A stretch of 64,000 bases of DNA, from NCBI RefSeq assembly GCF_009914755.1, contig NC_060930.1. The stretch is one strand, 5' to 3'. Below are positions 1 through 16,470 of the stretch, piece by piece. Both the position numbers and the translations under genes were made by a program. Every line of letters starts with the position of its first letter. Within the stretch, counting starts at the first letter, position 1. This DNA is from the human T2T-CHM13v2.0 reference genome, Homo sapiens. Below the pieces are notes generated by a model. The model was not told the DNA's origin. It worked only from the letters and a program-made list of their open reading frames with translations, and did no database searches.

Positions 1-1850
<1,850 letters not shown>

Positions 1851-2324
1851 ACCCAAATATGGGTTTTCCAGACTTTACCTATTAAGCCTGTGATATATTA
1901 TGAATGTTTGAGATTAGGTGGCTGTTCCTAGGATGTGGACATTTGAGTTAATTATATCTTTCCTGTGGTTGGGCAACTCTGTGTGATGACAGCCTACCAG
2001 GGGGAAAAAAGATAATTTCTTGTGAGATCCAGAGAGACACCTTAGGTCTAAACCAATACACAGAGTTTCTAGTCAGAGCAAGAACCTGCCATTGTCTGTT
2101 TTCATCTCTCTTCTCTCCACCCAGACTATTCATGTGTAATCTCTATCTTTTAAAGTTATACCTTAGCTTTAATTTTGTTCTTATTTCACCCAAATAAGAG
2201 TGTTTGAGGGATAGAAGGAAGAAGAAAGAGAACATACAATGAAATTCTCCATTTTATCCTAGACATGGCTCTGGAGACTGGCTCTTGTACATTAAAGTGA
2301 TTTAGTGATTGATTGATTTATGAC

Positions 2325-2577
<253 letters not shown>

Positions 2578-2624
2578 GAGTTTTAAAAGGTTAATTTGAT
2601 GTGTACTTAGACTTGAGAATGGTT

Positions 2625-3038
2625 TTCCTAAGTCAAGGATTCAGGGCTGGCTTAGTTAGGTGGTTCTGGTTCAGGGTTTCTCCTGAGATTATAGTCAGGA
2701 CAGCAGGATCTGTAATCTTGACTGGTACTGGAAAGTCCACTTCCATGATTCAGGCTCACTTACATGGCTGTTGATAGGAAGCCTCAGTTTCTTATTACAT
2801 GGGCCTCTCCATTGGCTGTTTGGTTTCCTCATGACATGGCAGCTGGCTCCCTCAGGGCAAGTGATCCAAGAGAAAGAAGAAGGCAGAAGCCACAATGTCC
2901 TTTATAACCTAACCTTGGATGTGACATTCCACTTGTCATGCAGATGAATCTTGACACAGTGTGGAAGGGTGCTATGCAAAGATGTAAATACCAGGAGGCA
3001 GGGGTCACTGGAGACCCTCTTGGAGGATTGTTACCACA
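2625..3038 (-). mobile_element. MaLR LTR, MLT1F-like
   Basis: Reverse complement starts TGTGGTAAC..CCTCCAAG..GACCCCTGCCTCCTGGTATTTAC, like the MLT1F 5' end. Confidence 0.75.
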
Positions 3039-3039
3039 C

Positions 3040-5198
3040 ATATCATGACTCATATCAATTCTCACCCCATGAATCAGAAAATAATCGATGGGACTTTTCC
3101 ATCTGTCAAGGATGTCTATTTTCACTATATACCCAGGAAATGGAGAAATAACTACAGGATTAATTTGAAGACACACTGAACTGACTGAGTGCTGGACTTG
3201 GGCCAAAATTTCATTTATCATATGAGTACCATGAGCTTAATCTCTGACTAGTGGATCACGGTGGGTTCCCAAGGATTAATTTTAGCCCAGACCCAGTGTT
3301 GAAAATCTTCAAAAGTTCTGTGTCTTTCTCTTTCCTCAATGCATTGTCACTGCAGTAAATAGCTACGGATTGTTTGGGGAAGACTGGAAGGTGATCTTTG
3401 TAGGTCTTCCACATCTGTACCTGGCTTGTATGAGGCTGTGATTTTCTACTAGGGTGACTGAAGTCAGGCCTTTTTTCACTCTATTTATAAGTTTTCATTA
3501 TGTGGATCAAATTAGGCTGCCCATTTATTTTAGTTAAAAGTGTTATGAGAAAAGCTTGGGACTGTAATGTCCCCTTCACACTGGGAAGGAACCAAGAGAC
3601 TAAAGAATGACTTGAACAAGTCAAGTTTGATAAATAGATGAGTTTATTAAGACTTACAGAAAGGGTACTCCTGGATGGCAGCAGGACGGCTTTAGAGATC
3701 TGCCCTCACTCCCATCTCCAAACTGCTTTTAAACTAATTTTTTCGCCCCTTGCCTACCGTGTTTAACTGATGAGACTGTTTTTCTTGGTAGGTTCTCAGA
3801 TACTCTCTGGGATGTTTAGGTTCTCAGGGCACCTTCTCCTTGGCTGGGCACCATGGCCTTGGCTCACTGCCCAGCCTTCAGTGTTGAGACATGCACCCTT
3901 AAGAAACATGGTGGGGAACCTGTAACACTACCGTAAGGAGCCTCTGATTAATTAGTTATTGTCAAAGTTCATTCTGATGATTCCTTTAGCTATAATACCT
4001 ATTATGGTAACATTATTCTCCTTAGCTCTTATAGTTAAGTCTCTGCCACATTTGGATCTCATCATTCTCACTCAAATCAAGGACTCCATTTTGATGGCAA
4101 CATATGCCACTTTCCTTCCTGACTTCAGAGGATAGCTATGACTATACTTTCTGAGGATGTTGTTCCTCAGGGGGAACTGTTCTGAGGATAAGGTGTTCCT
4201 TGTACAATTCATTTGTCAAGGTCTTTGTGAAGGGAATGTGCTTTGGGCCTGGGAGATGTGGCATGTGATAGGTTCACTTCAACATTTCGATTTCCCTAAG
4301 TCTTACATTCTCTCTTATGTATAATGCTATACAAAGATGTTTCCAACATCCTCACTAAATGATTTTAGGACTAAATGAGTTTAGGTTTCAGGTAATTAAC
4401 TGACTACATGATGAAATTTGATACAGGTCTGGAAGAAAATAGGGTGTGGAAGGAGAAGAATTGGCATGTTTTTACAAGGTAATAGCCTCAAATGGGGACA
4501 TTATCAGGTCTTCATACAAGGTAGAACCAGCCTCATCAGTCAGGCAGAGGATCTCTGTTGACTGGAGAGGTTTGGTAGGATTTGGGGGTGCTATGTACTC
4601 AAAAATATGAATGTTCCCAATTGTCACCTTTAAATTCTCAAGGTCCTACTCCTTCCTTGGGAATTTAAGGAAAATTCTTAAACTTTCCTTAAGAATTTAG
4701 GAAATTCTTTCCTAATCAAGTTTTTAATTTTCACATAAGAAACATAAGATTTTGTTGTAATTCAGCAACTAAAGGATCAGATTCTTCTTTTAGTTTTTAG
4801 TGAATCAGCTCTGTGACAGTAAAGATAAGACATTCTTTTAAGGCAGTCAGAGAAACTCCCTGTTCTTAGATTTTGGCTTAAAAAAAGAATTCATGTTATT
4901 TTTCTTCTTGTAATTCTCCGATGCAGTTATAAGTCACTAATCTACCTGATTGTCCTTGCATCCTTTTGCTCATCATACTATGTTTTGGAAACCACCTCAT
5001 ATTTCATTAAAGTTGTATGTTCAGTGGGCACTTCATTCCAGGTGACCATAGGTGGTAATTGAAGTATCTGCTTCTCTATTGGAGGCCATGTTCTACTGAT
5101 ATTCAACCCTTTCTGGAAATCAAATCCTTACTTTTTAAAGCAAACTCAAATGCTCACCTTTGAGCATTGCATCTACAATTATTTCTGATAAGAAATTC
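3040..5198 (-). mobile_element. ERVL/MaLR internal region (gag and protease remnants), interrupted by an LTR
   Basis: ORF 2829..3221 begins MINEILAQVQHSVSSVCLQINPVVISPFPGYIVKIDILDRWKSP, matching the recalled ERVL protease C-terminus (VINGVLAQV..PVVISPVPECIIGIDIL..W.NP); NTGS upstream near 3300; abuts the LTR at 5199. Confidence 0.7.
3563..3932 (-). mobile_element. Solo ERVL-class LTR (LTR47-like)
   Basis: TGT start; antisense AATAAA (tttatt ~3643); recalled similarity of ggctgggcaccatggccttggctcac and cacccttaag segments to LTR47. Confidence 0.6.
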
Positions 5199-5640
5199 TG
5201 TATTAGTCAAGGGTTCATTTGCTGATAGCAGAAAACACTTCAGCTATTTTAAGCAAAAAGATATTAAATGCAAGGAGTTAGCTGCTTATGAAATGTTGGA
5301 ATTCTAGGAGGATTCGGAGCTATACTGGGCCTCCAGGGAGACTCACAGAAGAGTGGCAGAACAGTTCTGCCAGGAAAATCACAGACTCTACTACAATTAA
5401 GAGGCTGGGGAATCAACAATCTACCACTAGAACTCTAGACTCCAGAGTCATACCACATCTACTAGTTCTGACCCAGAAAAAATGAATGATTTGTGCATCA
5501 CAACTTCCCCCCAACTTAGATTAGTACTGAATTCAAGTATCATGCAAATGCGTATAATTGTTAATACCTAAACTATATCTGGAATTCTAGATACAAGGAA
5601 ATTTAGAACATGTAGTTTCAGCTCTCCAGCCTCTGTAATG
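5199..5640 (-). mobile_element. Old MLT1-type LTR
   Basis: Starts tgtattagtcaagggttc, the typical antisense MLT end; right boundary approximate. Confidence 0.5.
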
Positions 5641-6369
5641 AAAAATTTATGTGAAGTACTTATCACAATTATTATGCATTCATAGTAAAATTTCAAAAAA
5701 TGTTATTTTTATTGTTACTGAGAGAGTATATCATATGTTATTTGAGTGCACTAGACTATTTGGGGTGGACTCACACTTAGCATTCTCCCTATTTATGGTC
5801 CTCGCTGGCAGAGATTTTATTTTCATTTGCCTGTTGGCAGGTGTCTTCAGATTTTTGCATCTAGTGCATTTACCTTATGTAATTTTTATGTAGCTTTCCA
5901 TAGTGAACAGTTGAACAAGAACTAAAGTTCTTACTTCATAGGTTCTTGTAACAAATTGCGTAATTCTTGCACCTCTTCCATTTGTTAAACCTATTTTAGT
6001 ATTCTGCAGATAACTGGAAGACCATAAGAATATAATGAACAAGAAAAATGCTTTGTGCTTTGAAGTGCTAAGAAGAAGATGCTTATAATATATTCAAAGT
6101 ATCTTATGTTTGATATTTGTCTCTGGTCAGTCACAACCTTTAGGTACTGCTTGGTTTCATAAAGATTCCCTTGTTTACTATTATTATTAAAGTATGTGAG
6201 AGAGCAAACAGTGTCAGGATTCAGAGATACTTAGCTAAGTAATAATGAAAATTCAAATATTGATTGTAAATGCTAAATCCAAACCATAACTCTTATATAG
6301 TGGCATAAATATTGACAAAGCTGTACAGATGTGAAAGAAAAAGTAGTTCTAAAAATGTTGACATTTTAT

Positions 6370-6545
6370 AGAAGATTAGGACTGGAAGAGATCTTAAACA
6401 TCATCTAGTCTAAACTTTTTATTTTGGATACTGAGAACAGAGCTGAAGTAAATTGTCTGGAGTTATAAAGTTGGTTAATTGTCAAGCCAAAAATAGAACT
6501 CAGTCTCCTTTGCAGCTGAGTCCAGTCCAGAGTTCTAGCTACTGT
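6370..6545 (-). mobile_element. MIR/MIR3 SINE
   Basis: ctggaagagatcttaaacatcatctagtc...tagaactcagtctcc antisense MIR pattern. Confidence 0.55.
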
Positions 6546-9079
6546 AAAAACACTTTTTCCTTTTAATATTCTTAGTATTAATTACCTAGCTGCTCTTTGT
6601 CCCCTATTTCTTTCAAAGTACTAAGGAAATAAAAAATGTTCAAATTAATGTCAGTATTAACACATTTCTGATTTTTTTCTGCTATTTAAAATGATGATCT
6701 TCGAAAAAAACTTGTACATGTTTGCAGGGGAGTTTGCCCTCCAGTAGTGGTGTATCAACACTTTCTTTTCTAGAGAATTTTTTTTATCGACCAATAACTC
6801 CTTTTTCATGTTCATTGGATTGGAGCAGTGGTGGCATTCGGTGATTAATTAGTTCAAAAAGTGTTAGTTCTCCAAGGATAGCCTGTTAAATACTTTCCAG
6901 GCCATTTAAAAAAGAGAAATCTATTGCTCATGTTTACAGGTGGTGGCACACTGAATCTAGATTGGTTATAAGGCACACAATGAATCTGCTACATCTGCAA
7001 GTCTCGTTGCTACTCTTGTCTTACAGTAATCCCCAGCAACAATTCAAATTAACATTTGACAACAGAGATATGAACACGTCCCTGTTTGATTCTATATTAT
7101 GTTAAACATTCTTTGCACTTTCTTTTTAGATTCTTGTGCTAGCCTCTATTTGGTCCAAAAATGTTTTAGCTTAAATTTTCTAGAGAATTATTTTGTTTTT
7201 TGGAATCCTGAATAATTTTTTTGAGTTAATCAGGTGAATTACTGGTTGGCACTAGTCCTGTGTAGGACTGTGGACACCATTAGATCAAAGTCACCCTTCA
7301 ATTTAATCCCTAAAGGTTTTCCCCATAATGTTGGCACTGACTTACATAATAAAGTGTCAATTGTCCTTTAAAGTATTATTATGCTCTGTTTCACATTTGA
7401 AAATTACTACTTCATCTTGGTAGTGAAATGATAGTGTAAATACAGCCAATGATGCTAAGAGATTCTTGACAGAAACCTTGATGGAAAGACAGGGAACACT
7501 TTATGTGAATGTATTCAGAGTCCTGGGTGAAGGTATTATCTGATAACATTTTATAAAAGATTTGGCCTTTTCTAGGTTTTAGAGCCATTAAAATCTAGGG
7601 GCAAAATTTTACTGCCTGAATTTAGCAGGAGCAAGTGTTTGTTCTGGTTATTAAGATACATTATTACAGGTGCTCAGAGTCCTACCTTGTAAGGTACAGT
7701 GGTTGAGGCAACACATTTTCCTTAAGCATTTGCCATATTCTAGTGTCGTACAGGGTGCTCTAGGGAACCAAGAGAAGCAGAAATGGACAAGGCCATGGGC
7801 ATCTGCCAGGGAAAGGCAAACACTGGACTCTCTTCATTTAACCGCTTATTAACCATTTTTCCCCCGCTACAAGGAAGAGTGAATTTGAAGCATTGAACTG
7901 TAAGATACACCTCAAACAATTATGGATGCTAATGTTCTGGTTCTCAAAGAGCTGAGAATATGGTTATCAATGAAAGTAAAATTAGACCTTTTTTTTCTTT
8001 TTGTTACTATCTAAAAGAGCTCTCATGGTTGGAATGTCACCTTTAATGCTTTCCTGTGTCTATTATGCATTTATTGAGCGTCTTTAATTACAATCTTGAA
8101 ATTGTCAAGTAAATAAAGACTGCCAATATTAATTTTTAAATGTATCACTGTTTCTAAACCTGTGAGGATTTTATTTTCCCTCTTGTTTAGAAAACAAAGA
8201 CAATAGCTCATTGTTTTAATTTGGTTTTATTTTTCCATTTTAACTCTGATCCATTGTTGTAAATACAAAGGAAATTAATTTCATAAAAAATTCACTCGTG
8301 CTGAAAAATGAACAGAAATACATTGAAAATGTCCTTTTGTTTTATTTTTAATCTAGATTTGTGTTCTTGATAGTTAATGCTTGCATTTTCAAGTTGAAAA
8401 TGTTTACATAATTTGTCTAAAAAATACATTTTTCCCTTCATTACTCATAGTCATAATCACTACCATAAGCTATTTGAAAAATCATCAATCTGCATTCAGC
8501 TCTGCGCTGTGAACTTAAACTGTTTATTTACTGACTTGTATAGTAATACTGTCTTTTCTCCCAGAAGAAAACTGTCTCATACTATAGAAATATAACGAAT
8601 TAACCACCCTACAAACCCCCTGTGAGGTAGAATATTTTATCTGACCCATCCCTTGTTTCTATTCTCTGCTTTTAGTAGAGATGGCCAGTTTTCACTAGAA
8701 GGCTGAGCAAACTCTCCAATAGTTGGCAGGTTCAGTTCTCAGTTCCAAGCTGTGGCTATCCTTCTGCTCCATTTTTGACAGTCTCACTCAGGGGACGTCA
8801 GTTAAAACCTGTAATCTGCCAAGGCCATTAAGTCATGTGGGAAAAATATATTTTTGTTCTTGGAATAGCAAAGACAAACAAACAAACACTTCTAAAACTT
8901 CTAGCTTTATACCAGCCTGGGCACTATGATAGATATTTAACTGACTGTGGCTAAGGTTTGTGCTCTTAGGGCGGCACCTTGTGCCAGGATAAATGGCAAA
9001 TGAGTTCTTTGTGAGTCCTTCTTATAAATATACTCAAAATCTGACAGCTGTATATATAATTCTAGTTGTAAGAAGAGAG

Positions 9080-9235
9080 AGAGCATGACATGGGAAAGAA
9101 CTGTCAATTCAGTCAAGGTACTCAGGTTCCTGGTAGTCAGTAAGTTGGGTAGTCTTGGGGTAAATCATTGTCCTCTCTGAGGCTTCACTTCTTCATCTAT
9201 CAAATGAGAAATTCTAACTAGTTAAACTCTAAGGT
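9080..9235 (+). mobile_element. MIR SINE
   Basis: Core-like tcttggggtaaatcattgtcctctctgaggcttcacttcttcatctatcaaatgag. Confidence 0.55.
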
Positions 9236-9620
9236 TTTTGTTGTTGATGTTGTTATGTTTTAAATATTAAGTGTTAAAACTTTTAGAATGGAGAAAAAAA
9301 CACAATTCTAAGGGTTAAGGGTCATATACATTAGATTGTGTATGACTTTTTGTATTTTTGTTCATAAAAAGCTAATGTTTTATTATCTTTTTTATTTGTA
9401 GGTGAATTGTGCTTTAGTAGCATATCTTTAGGTTTTCTATTTCTCTTTCATAGTATTCTCTACTTCTTTGGAACCCAAAGAAGTGTTTTGAGCTATACTG
9501 ATTCCTGTATTGAAGAAGGTGTAACCCCCTCTCCATCTTTATCCAATACCAATATAGGACAGTAACAACTAGGTAGAAGCATTAGGGTTAACTTCCTGGA
9601 TATAGTGCCAGAATTGACTA

Positions 9621-9725
9621 GGATAAACATACAGTTTGTCATCCAAACTGACACACTTTAAAAAGTGAAACAGAACACTCATTAATTATGACCAGCACTG
9701 TTAATCAGGACTATTAAGGGAGAAT
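9621..9725. mobile_element. MER81-like hAT-Blackjack MITE
   Basis: tttgtcatccaaactgacacactttaaaaagtgaaa...attaattat matches recalled MER81. Confidence 0.55.
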
Positions 9726-10919
9726 AAAAGGGCTGCAAAGGGGATGATTTTAATGTAATCCATATAGCTTTGCATGATACCCTCCTTTATTTATTCTGTA
9801 GCTTTCTTGAGGCAGAGAGAGAAATGATTTAGATTTGCATAAGGGTAAATTTTTGATTCAAATAGGCAAATCGTAGGTTTTGCTTTTCATATGTAAAATG
9901 GAATAAATTGCCGAATAGGAAGGCTCAAATTCAGCCAGAAATTCTGAAAAAGACAATTATACATAATCCAACAAACCCACTGAAATATGCAGTTCAGTAC
10001 CTCATCTTGCTTACCTCTCCATGAAAGGTCAAAAGTGCCTCCTACTGTGATATGTCTGAAATCCCTGAAAGATTGATTAAATTTCTATATAATATGGAAT
10101 TGCTGAATCTAGTGAACCATAACTTATGTAATTTGTATTATACTTTATCAGTCACCTTTTAAAAAGTGTTTAACAGTGAAACTTTCCCTTGCAGGCGATG
10201 GAAACCTGAGAAATACTTGCTTTCTTTATGATAACCTTAGCAGTTTGTTTGACTCATTAAGTCAAGGTTGGTGTGGATTTCTTAAAGGGATTCAAATGTA
10301 AAAACTGACTTAATTTTGGCATTTAAATTTTAGAATGAAAAGTCAGAGAATAAAAAAGATGGATCTTATATTGCATGAGAAACATAATCTTTTCATATAT
10401 TATGAAAGAGTGGCCAAAGAGGTGTTTGAAAACTTCACTTACTCTTACTTTAAAGGGTATCATATTGATGTTACATTATAGAAACATGTCTACTTTTGGA
10501 AGATTCTATTGTATCCTGAGTTCCTCTTATATAAGACCTATATCTGCAGCAGGACAGTTAGAAAAGTCAGAGAATAAGAGTTTAGAGGTGAAGTATATTA
10601 CAGTTTTGACAATGCGGATAATTTTCTCTTTCTCCTCCTCTATTCCTCACCCCTGTCACCTTCCCCATAGTTCCTAATTCTCAACTCATTTCAAAGTTTG
10701 ACGGAAAGTGATCAAGAAGCATAAGATCTTCAGATAAGTCTAGAAGATAGAGCACCCTATATGTCCACTGAAGGATCTTGGGCAAGGTAGGATGATCCTT
10801 ATCTCATCAAGCAGCAGAATTAAAAGCTATAGAGCTGCTCCCAGAGACTCCTGGGATGAAAATCTCCAGTAAAAGATACTCCTGATAACACTAGGGGAAA
10901 AGAACAGTAACACTGATCA

Positions 10920-11225
10920 CTGGGAATAAAATCAGATTCTTTAACATGGTCTTCAAAGTCCTGCTTTATCTACCTCCCCCACCCCTGCCCTCCCCTCACA
11001 TAATTTTCTATTTCCCCCTTCTTTACCACTCTAGATGTCTTTATATTTCTTGTGTTTGCCATGCTTCCTTTAGCCCCAAGCCTTTTAAAGATTCTAAATC
11101 TAAATCCTTTGTATCTGATTTCCATACCTCCAACACCTTTCCTCTGGTTAAATTCAATTTATTCCTCAGATTTCAGTTCAAATATCCCTTTCCCAAGAAA
11201 GCCTTCTCTGACTAGGTCAACTCTA
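10920..11225 (+). mobile_element. L2 3' region, part 1
   Basis: aacatggtcttcaaagtcctgc...cagttcaaatatccctttcccaagaaagccttctctgac. Confidence 0.6.
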
Positions 11226-11236
11226 TCTTCTATGTT

Positions 11237-11648
11237 TGTATTAGTTTTGTATTGCTGCAAAACCAATGATCATAAATTTAGCTGCTTAGGAGAACACAAG
11301 TTTATTATCTCATAGTTTCCTTGGGTTAAGAGCCTGCACATGGCTTAGCTAGATTTTCTGCTCAGATCTTACAAGGCTGAAATCAGGGTTTGGCTTGGCT
11401 GCTTTTCTCATTTAGGCTCAGGGCTCTTTTCCATGCTCACTGATAGTTGGTAGAATTAAATTCCCTGAGGTTGTATGACTACAACCTGGTCCCCTGTTTC
11501 TTGCTGGCTGTTGGCCAGTGACTGTTCTCAGCAGCTAGAGGCTGTGTATAGCTCTTTGCCACATGACACCATAGGGAGACCATAAGATGGCTGTTAACTT
11601 TTTTCCAGGCCAGCAGGAGTGCATCTTTCTGATGCTCCACCTTCTTTT
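11237..11648 (-). mobile_element. MLT1E-like LTR, part 1 (split by L1)
   Basis: tgtattagttttgtattgctgc start; continues at ~16471. Confidence 0.75.
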
Positions 11649-11965
11649 ATATTTTACTTTTACATTTATTGTTAATTTAAATTTTTTAATTTTTAATTTT
11701 CCTGGGTATATAGTAGGTATATATATTTATGGGTTACATGAAATATTTTGATACTGACATACAATGTCTTTAGGATAAAGCCATTTTAACTGGGATGAGA
11801 TGATATCCCATTGTAGTTTTGATCTGCATTTCTCTGATGATTGATTATACTGAGAACCTTCTCAAATGCCTTTTTTTTTTTTGCCATTTGTATGTCCTCT
11901 TTTGAGAAATATCTACTCAGATCTGTTGCCAATTTTTAACTGGATTATTAGATTTTTTCCTATAG

Positions 11966-12370
<405 letters not shown>

Positions 12371-15339
12371 TTTTAACGTGATGTGATCCCGTTTGTTCAT
12401 TTTGCTTTGGTTGCCTGTGCTTGTGTGTCATTACTCAAAAAAGTCTTTGCCCACTCCAATGTCCTGCAGAATTTCCCCAATGTTTTCTTTTAGTAGTTTC
12501 ATAGTTTGAGGTCCTAAATTTAAGTTTTTAATATTTTTTGATTTCACTTTTTTTGTATATGGTGAGAGATAATGGTGTAGTCTTCTTATTTTGCAAAGGG
12601 ATATCCAGTTTTCCCAGCACCATTTATGGAAAAGACTGTCCTTTCTCTAATGTATATTCTTGCCACCTTTGTTGAAAATGAGTTCACTGTAGACGTATGA
12701 ATTATTTCTGGTTTCTCTATTCTGTTCCATTGGTCTATGTGTCTGTTTTTACGCCAGTTTCATGAGATTTTTGGTTACTATAGCTCTGTAATATAATTTG
12801 AAGTCAGTTTTGTTCTTTTTGCTTAGGATAGCTTTAAGTATTCTGGATCTTGCATGCTTCCATATAAATTTTAGGATTGTTTTTTCTATTTCTGTGAAGA
12901 ATGTCATTGATATTTTGATAGGGATTGGATGAAATATGCAGATTTTTGGGTCATATGGACATTTTCACAGTATTGATTTTCTAGTCCATGGACAAGGAAT
13001 ATCTTTCCACTTTTTGCATCTTTTTCAATTTCTTGCATCCATGTTTTATAGCTTTCATTGCAGAGATCTTTCTCTTCTTTGGTTAGTTTCTAGGTATTTA
13101 ATTTTATTAGTAGCTATTATAAATAGGATTACTATCTTGATTTCTTTTTCAAGTTGCTTTTGGCATATACAAATGCTATTGATTTTTGTATCCTGCAACT
13201 TTACTATATTTGTTTATCTTTTCTAACAGTTTTTGGTGGAGTTAGATTTTTTTCGAGTGTAAGATCCTGTAATCTGCAAATAAGGATAGTTTGACTTCTT
13301 CCTTTCCAATTTGGAGGCCATTAATATCTTTCTCTTGTCTGATTGTTCTTGCTAGAACTTCCAGTACTATATTGAATAACAGTAGTGCAAGTGGGCATCC
13401 TTGCTGTGTTCCAGATCTTAGAGGGAAGGCTTTCAGTTTTTTCCCATTCAGTATGATACTAGCTGTGGGTCTGTCACATATGGCTTTTATTATGTTGAGG
13501 TATGTTCCATCTATACCCAGTTTTTTGAGGGTTTTTATTATGAAGAGATATTAAATTTTATAAAATGCTCTTTTAGTATCAATTGAAATGATTATATTGT
13601 TTTTGTCTTTCATTCTGTTGATATGATGAATCACACTGTTGAAGTTGCATGTGTTGAACTATCCCTGCATTCCTGAGATAAATCCCACTTGGTCATGATG
13701 AATGATCTTTTTAATGTATTGTTGAATTCAGTTTGCTAGTATTTTGTTGAGAATTTTGGCATCAGTGTTCACTGGAGATATTGACCTATAGTTTTCTTTC
13801 GCTTGCGTCTTTGTCTGGTTTTGGCATCAGTGTAATAGTGGCCTCATAGAATGAGTTTGGAAGTATTTTTTCCTCCTCTATTTTCCGTATAGTTTGAGCA
13901 GAATTGATATTAGTTCTTTAAATGTTTGACAGAATTCAGCAGTGAAACTATCTGGTCCTGGGCTTTCCTTGCTGGGAGACTTTTTATTATGGCTTTGATC
14001 TCGTTACTGGTTATTGGTTTGCTCAGGTTTTGCATTTCTTCATGGGTCAATCTTGGTAGGTTATATGTGCCTAGGAATTTGCCCACTTCTCCCAGATTTT
14101 TCAACTTATTGGCATATATTTGCTCATAGTGGCCACTAATGATCCTTTGAATTTCTGCAGTATCCATTACAATGTGTTCTTTTTTATCTCTGATTTTATT
14201 TATTTGGATCTTCCCTTTTTTTTCTTAGTCAGCTGAAGTTTTGTCAATTTTGTTTAACTTTTCAAAACACAACTTTTTCTCATTAATCGTTTTGTATTGT
14301 TTTCTTCATTTCAAATTTGTCTATGCTCTGATCTTTAGTATTTCTTTTCTTCTACTAATTTTGGGTTTGTTTTGCTTTTCTGGTTATTTGAGATTCATTG
14401 TTAAAGTGGTTATTGGAAGTTTTTCTTCTTTTTTGATGTAGGCAGTTAGAGATATAAGCTTCCCTCTTAGTACTTCTTTTGCTGTATCCCATAGGTTTTG
14501 GTATGTTGTGTTTCCATTATCATTTGTTTCAAGAAACTTTTCAATTTCCTTTGAAATTTCTTCATTGACTCACTGGTCATTCAGAAGCATACTGTTTGAT
14601 TTCCACATGTTGTTATAGTTTCCACAATTCCTCTTGTTATTGATTTCTAGTTTTATTCCTTTGTGGTCAAAGAAGATGCTTGATATTATTTCATTGTTTT
14701 GAATGTTTTTAGACTTATTTTGTGATCTAACATATGGTATATCCTTGAGAATGATCCATGTGCTAAGGAAAAGAGAGTGTATTCTGAAGCCATTGGATAA
14801 AATGTTCTGTAAATATCTATTTGGTCCATTTGATCTATAGTGCAGATTAAGTTTTATGTTTGTCTATTTTGTGCCTGGAAGATCTGTCCAATGCTGAAAA
14901 TGGGATGTTAAAGTCTCCAGCTACTGTTTTATTGGGATCTATCTCTCTTTTTAGCTCTAATCATAATTTCTTTATACGTGTGTGTGCTCCAGTGTTGGGT
15001 GTATACATATTTAAAATTATTGTATTCTCTTTCTGAATTGATCCCTTTGTCATTATATAGTGTCCTTTGTTTTGAAATCTATTTTGTCTGATGTAAGTAT
15101 AGCTACTCCTGCTTTCTTTGGTTTTCATTAGCATGGGATTTTTTTTTCATCCCTTTATTTCTAGTCTATGTGTTTCTTTGTAGGTGAAGTGTGTTTCTTG
15201 TAAGCAAGATCTCATGACCACTGCCACTATAGGCCCACAGGGAGTGCTGCCAGGCTACCACTGATGTTACCTTAAGGCCCAAGGGCTCTTCAGTCAGCTT
15301 GGTGAATGCTGCCTGTCCTGGGATTCATCACTGAGGGCA

Positions 15340-15643
15340 TAGGTTTAATGGGCTTACTGTTCCACATGGCTGGGGAAGCCTCACAATCATGGCAGAAGGT
15401 GAAGGAGGAGCAACAGCACATCTTACATGGCGGCAGGCAAGAGAGTATGTTCAGGGGACCTGCCCTTCATAAAACCATCAGATCTCATGAGACTTACTCA
15501 CTATCATGAGAACAGCATGGGAAAAACCTGTCATCATGATTCAATTACCTCCCACCAGGTCCCTCCCAGGATACATGGGGACTGTGAGAGCTATTATACA
15601 ATTCAAGATGAAATTTGGGTGGGGACATAGCCAAACCATATCA
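15340..15643 (-). mobile_element. THE1-family LTR (partial) inside L1 5'UTR
   Basis: Ends ..ccaaaccatatca (reverse complement TGATATGGTTTGG, the THE1 start); taaaaccatcagatctcatgaga core. Confidence 0.9.
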
Positions 15644-16470
15644 CTTCTGGTGCAGATTGTGTCTAGAAATGTCATCCAGGAGTTATGGCCTGAAAAGAGT
15701 GCCTAATGACTCTGACTGGTGCCCTATCCTGCTGTGGCTAAGCTGGCATGTAAGATGCAAGGCAAAGTCCTCCCCACTCTCCCCTCTCCTCTCCTCTCCT
15801 CAAGTGGAAGATGGGGTCTCTCTGAAAGCTGTGAGCTATGCAGCCTCAGGTTAGGGGAGGTATGTCACCAGCACTCTGTTAGCTACCCTGGCTAGTGTTT
15901 CAGTAGGTTGCTGCTCTCACAGTCCACAGTCGTGGAGCCCAGTTCAACAGGCACTAGGACTCTCCTAGAAAGTGCAGTCCTTGTGGCCTAGACTGCTCTT
16001 CAAGTTTATTTAGAGCCCCAGTGCACTTTAGCCTGTGCAGTCATGATGCTTGCAGGAACTGAAGTTCAAGCTACTGGGATGGGCAATTCCCCTTTGGCCA
16101 AGGCCGGGCTAAATGTTCTCTCTTGCATGGATGTTAGCTGAGTTCTTTCTAGTTTTGCTTTCTGCTATAACAGGGCAACATTGAGTTTAATGCAATGTCT
16201 CAGAATTGCCGTGCTCTCCCTTTCCCAAGTGCTCAGATTTTTCTCTCTGTACCACACTGTCACTGCTGGGGATGAGAGAGGATGTGGCGTCGGAGATTCA
16301 AGACTTTTTCCTACCTCTTCAGTGCCTCTTTCAGGTGAGTGCTCACCAGATTTTTGATTCTTATGAAGGTGCTTTTTTGTGTTTAGATAGTTGTTAAATT
16401 GGTGTTTGTGGGTGGGTGAGGGTGACGATTGTTGGAGCCTTTTATTCTCCCATCTTGTTCCATCTCCCTA

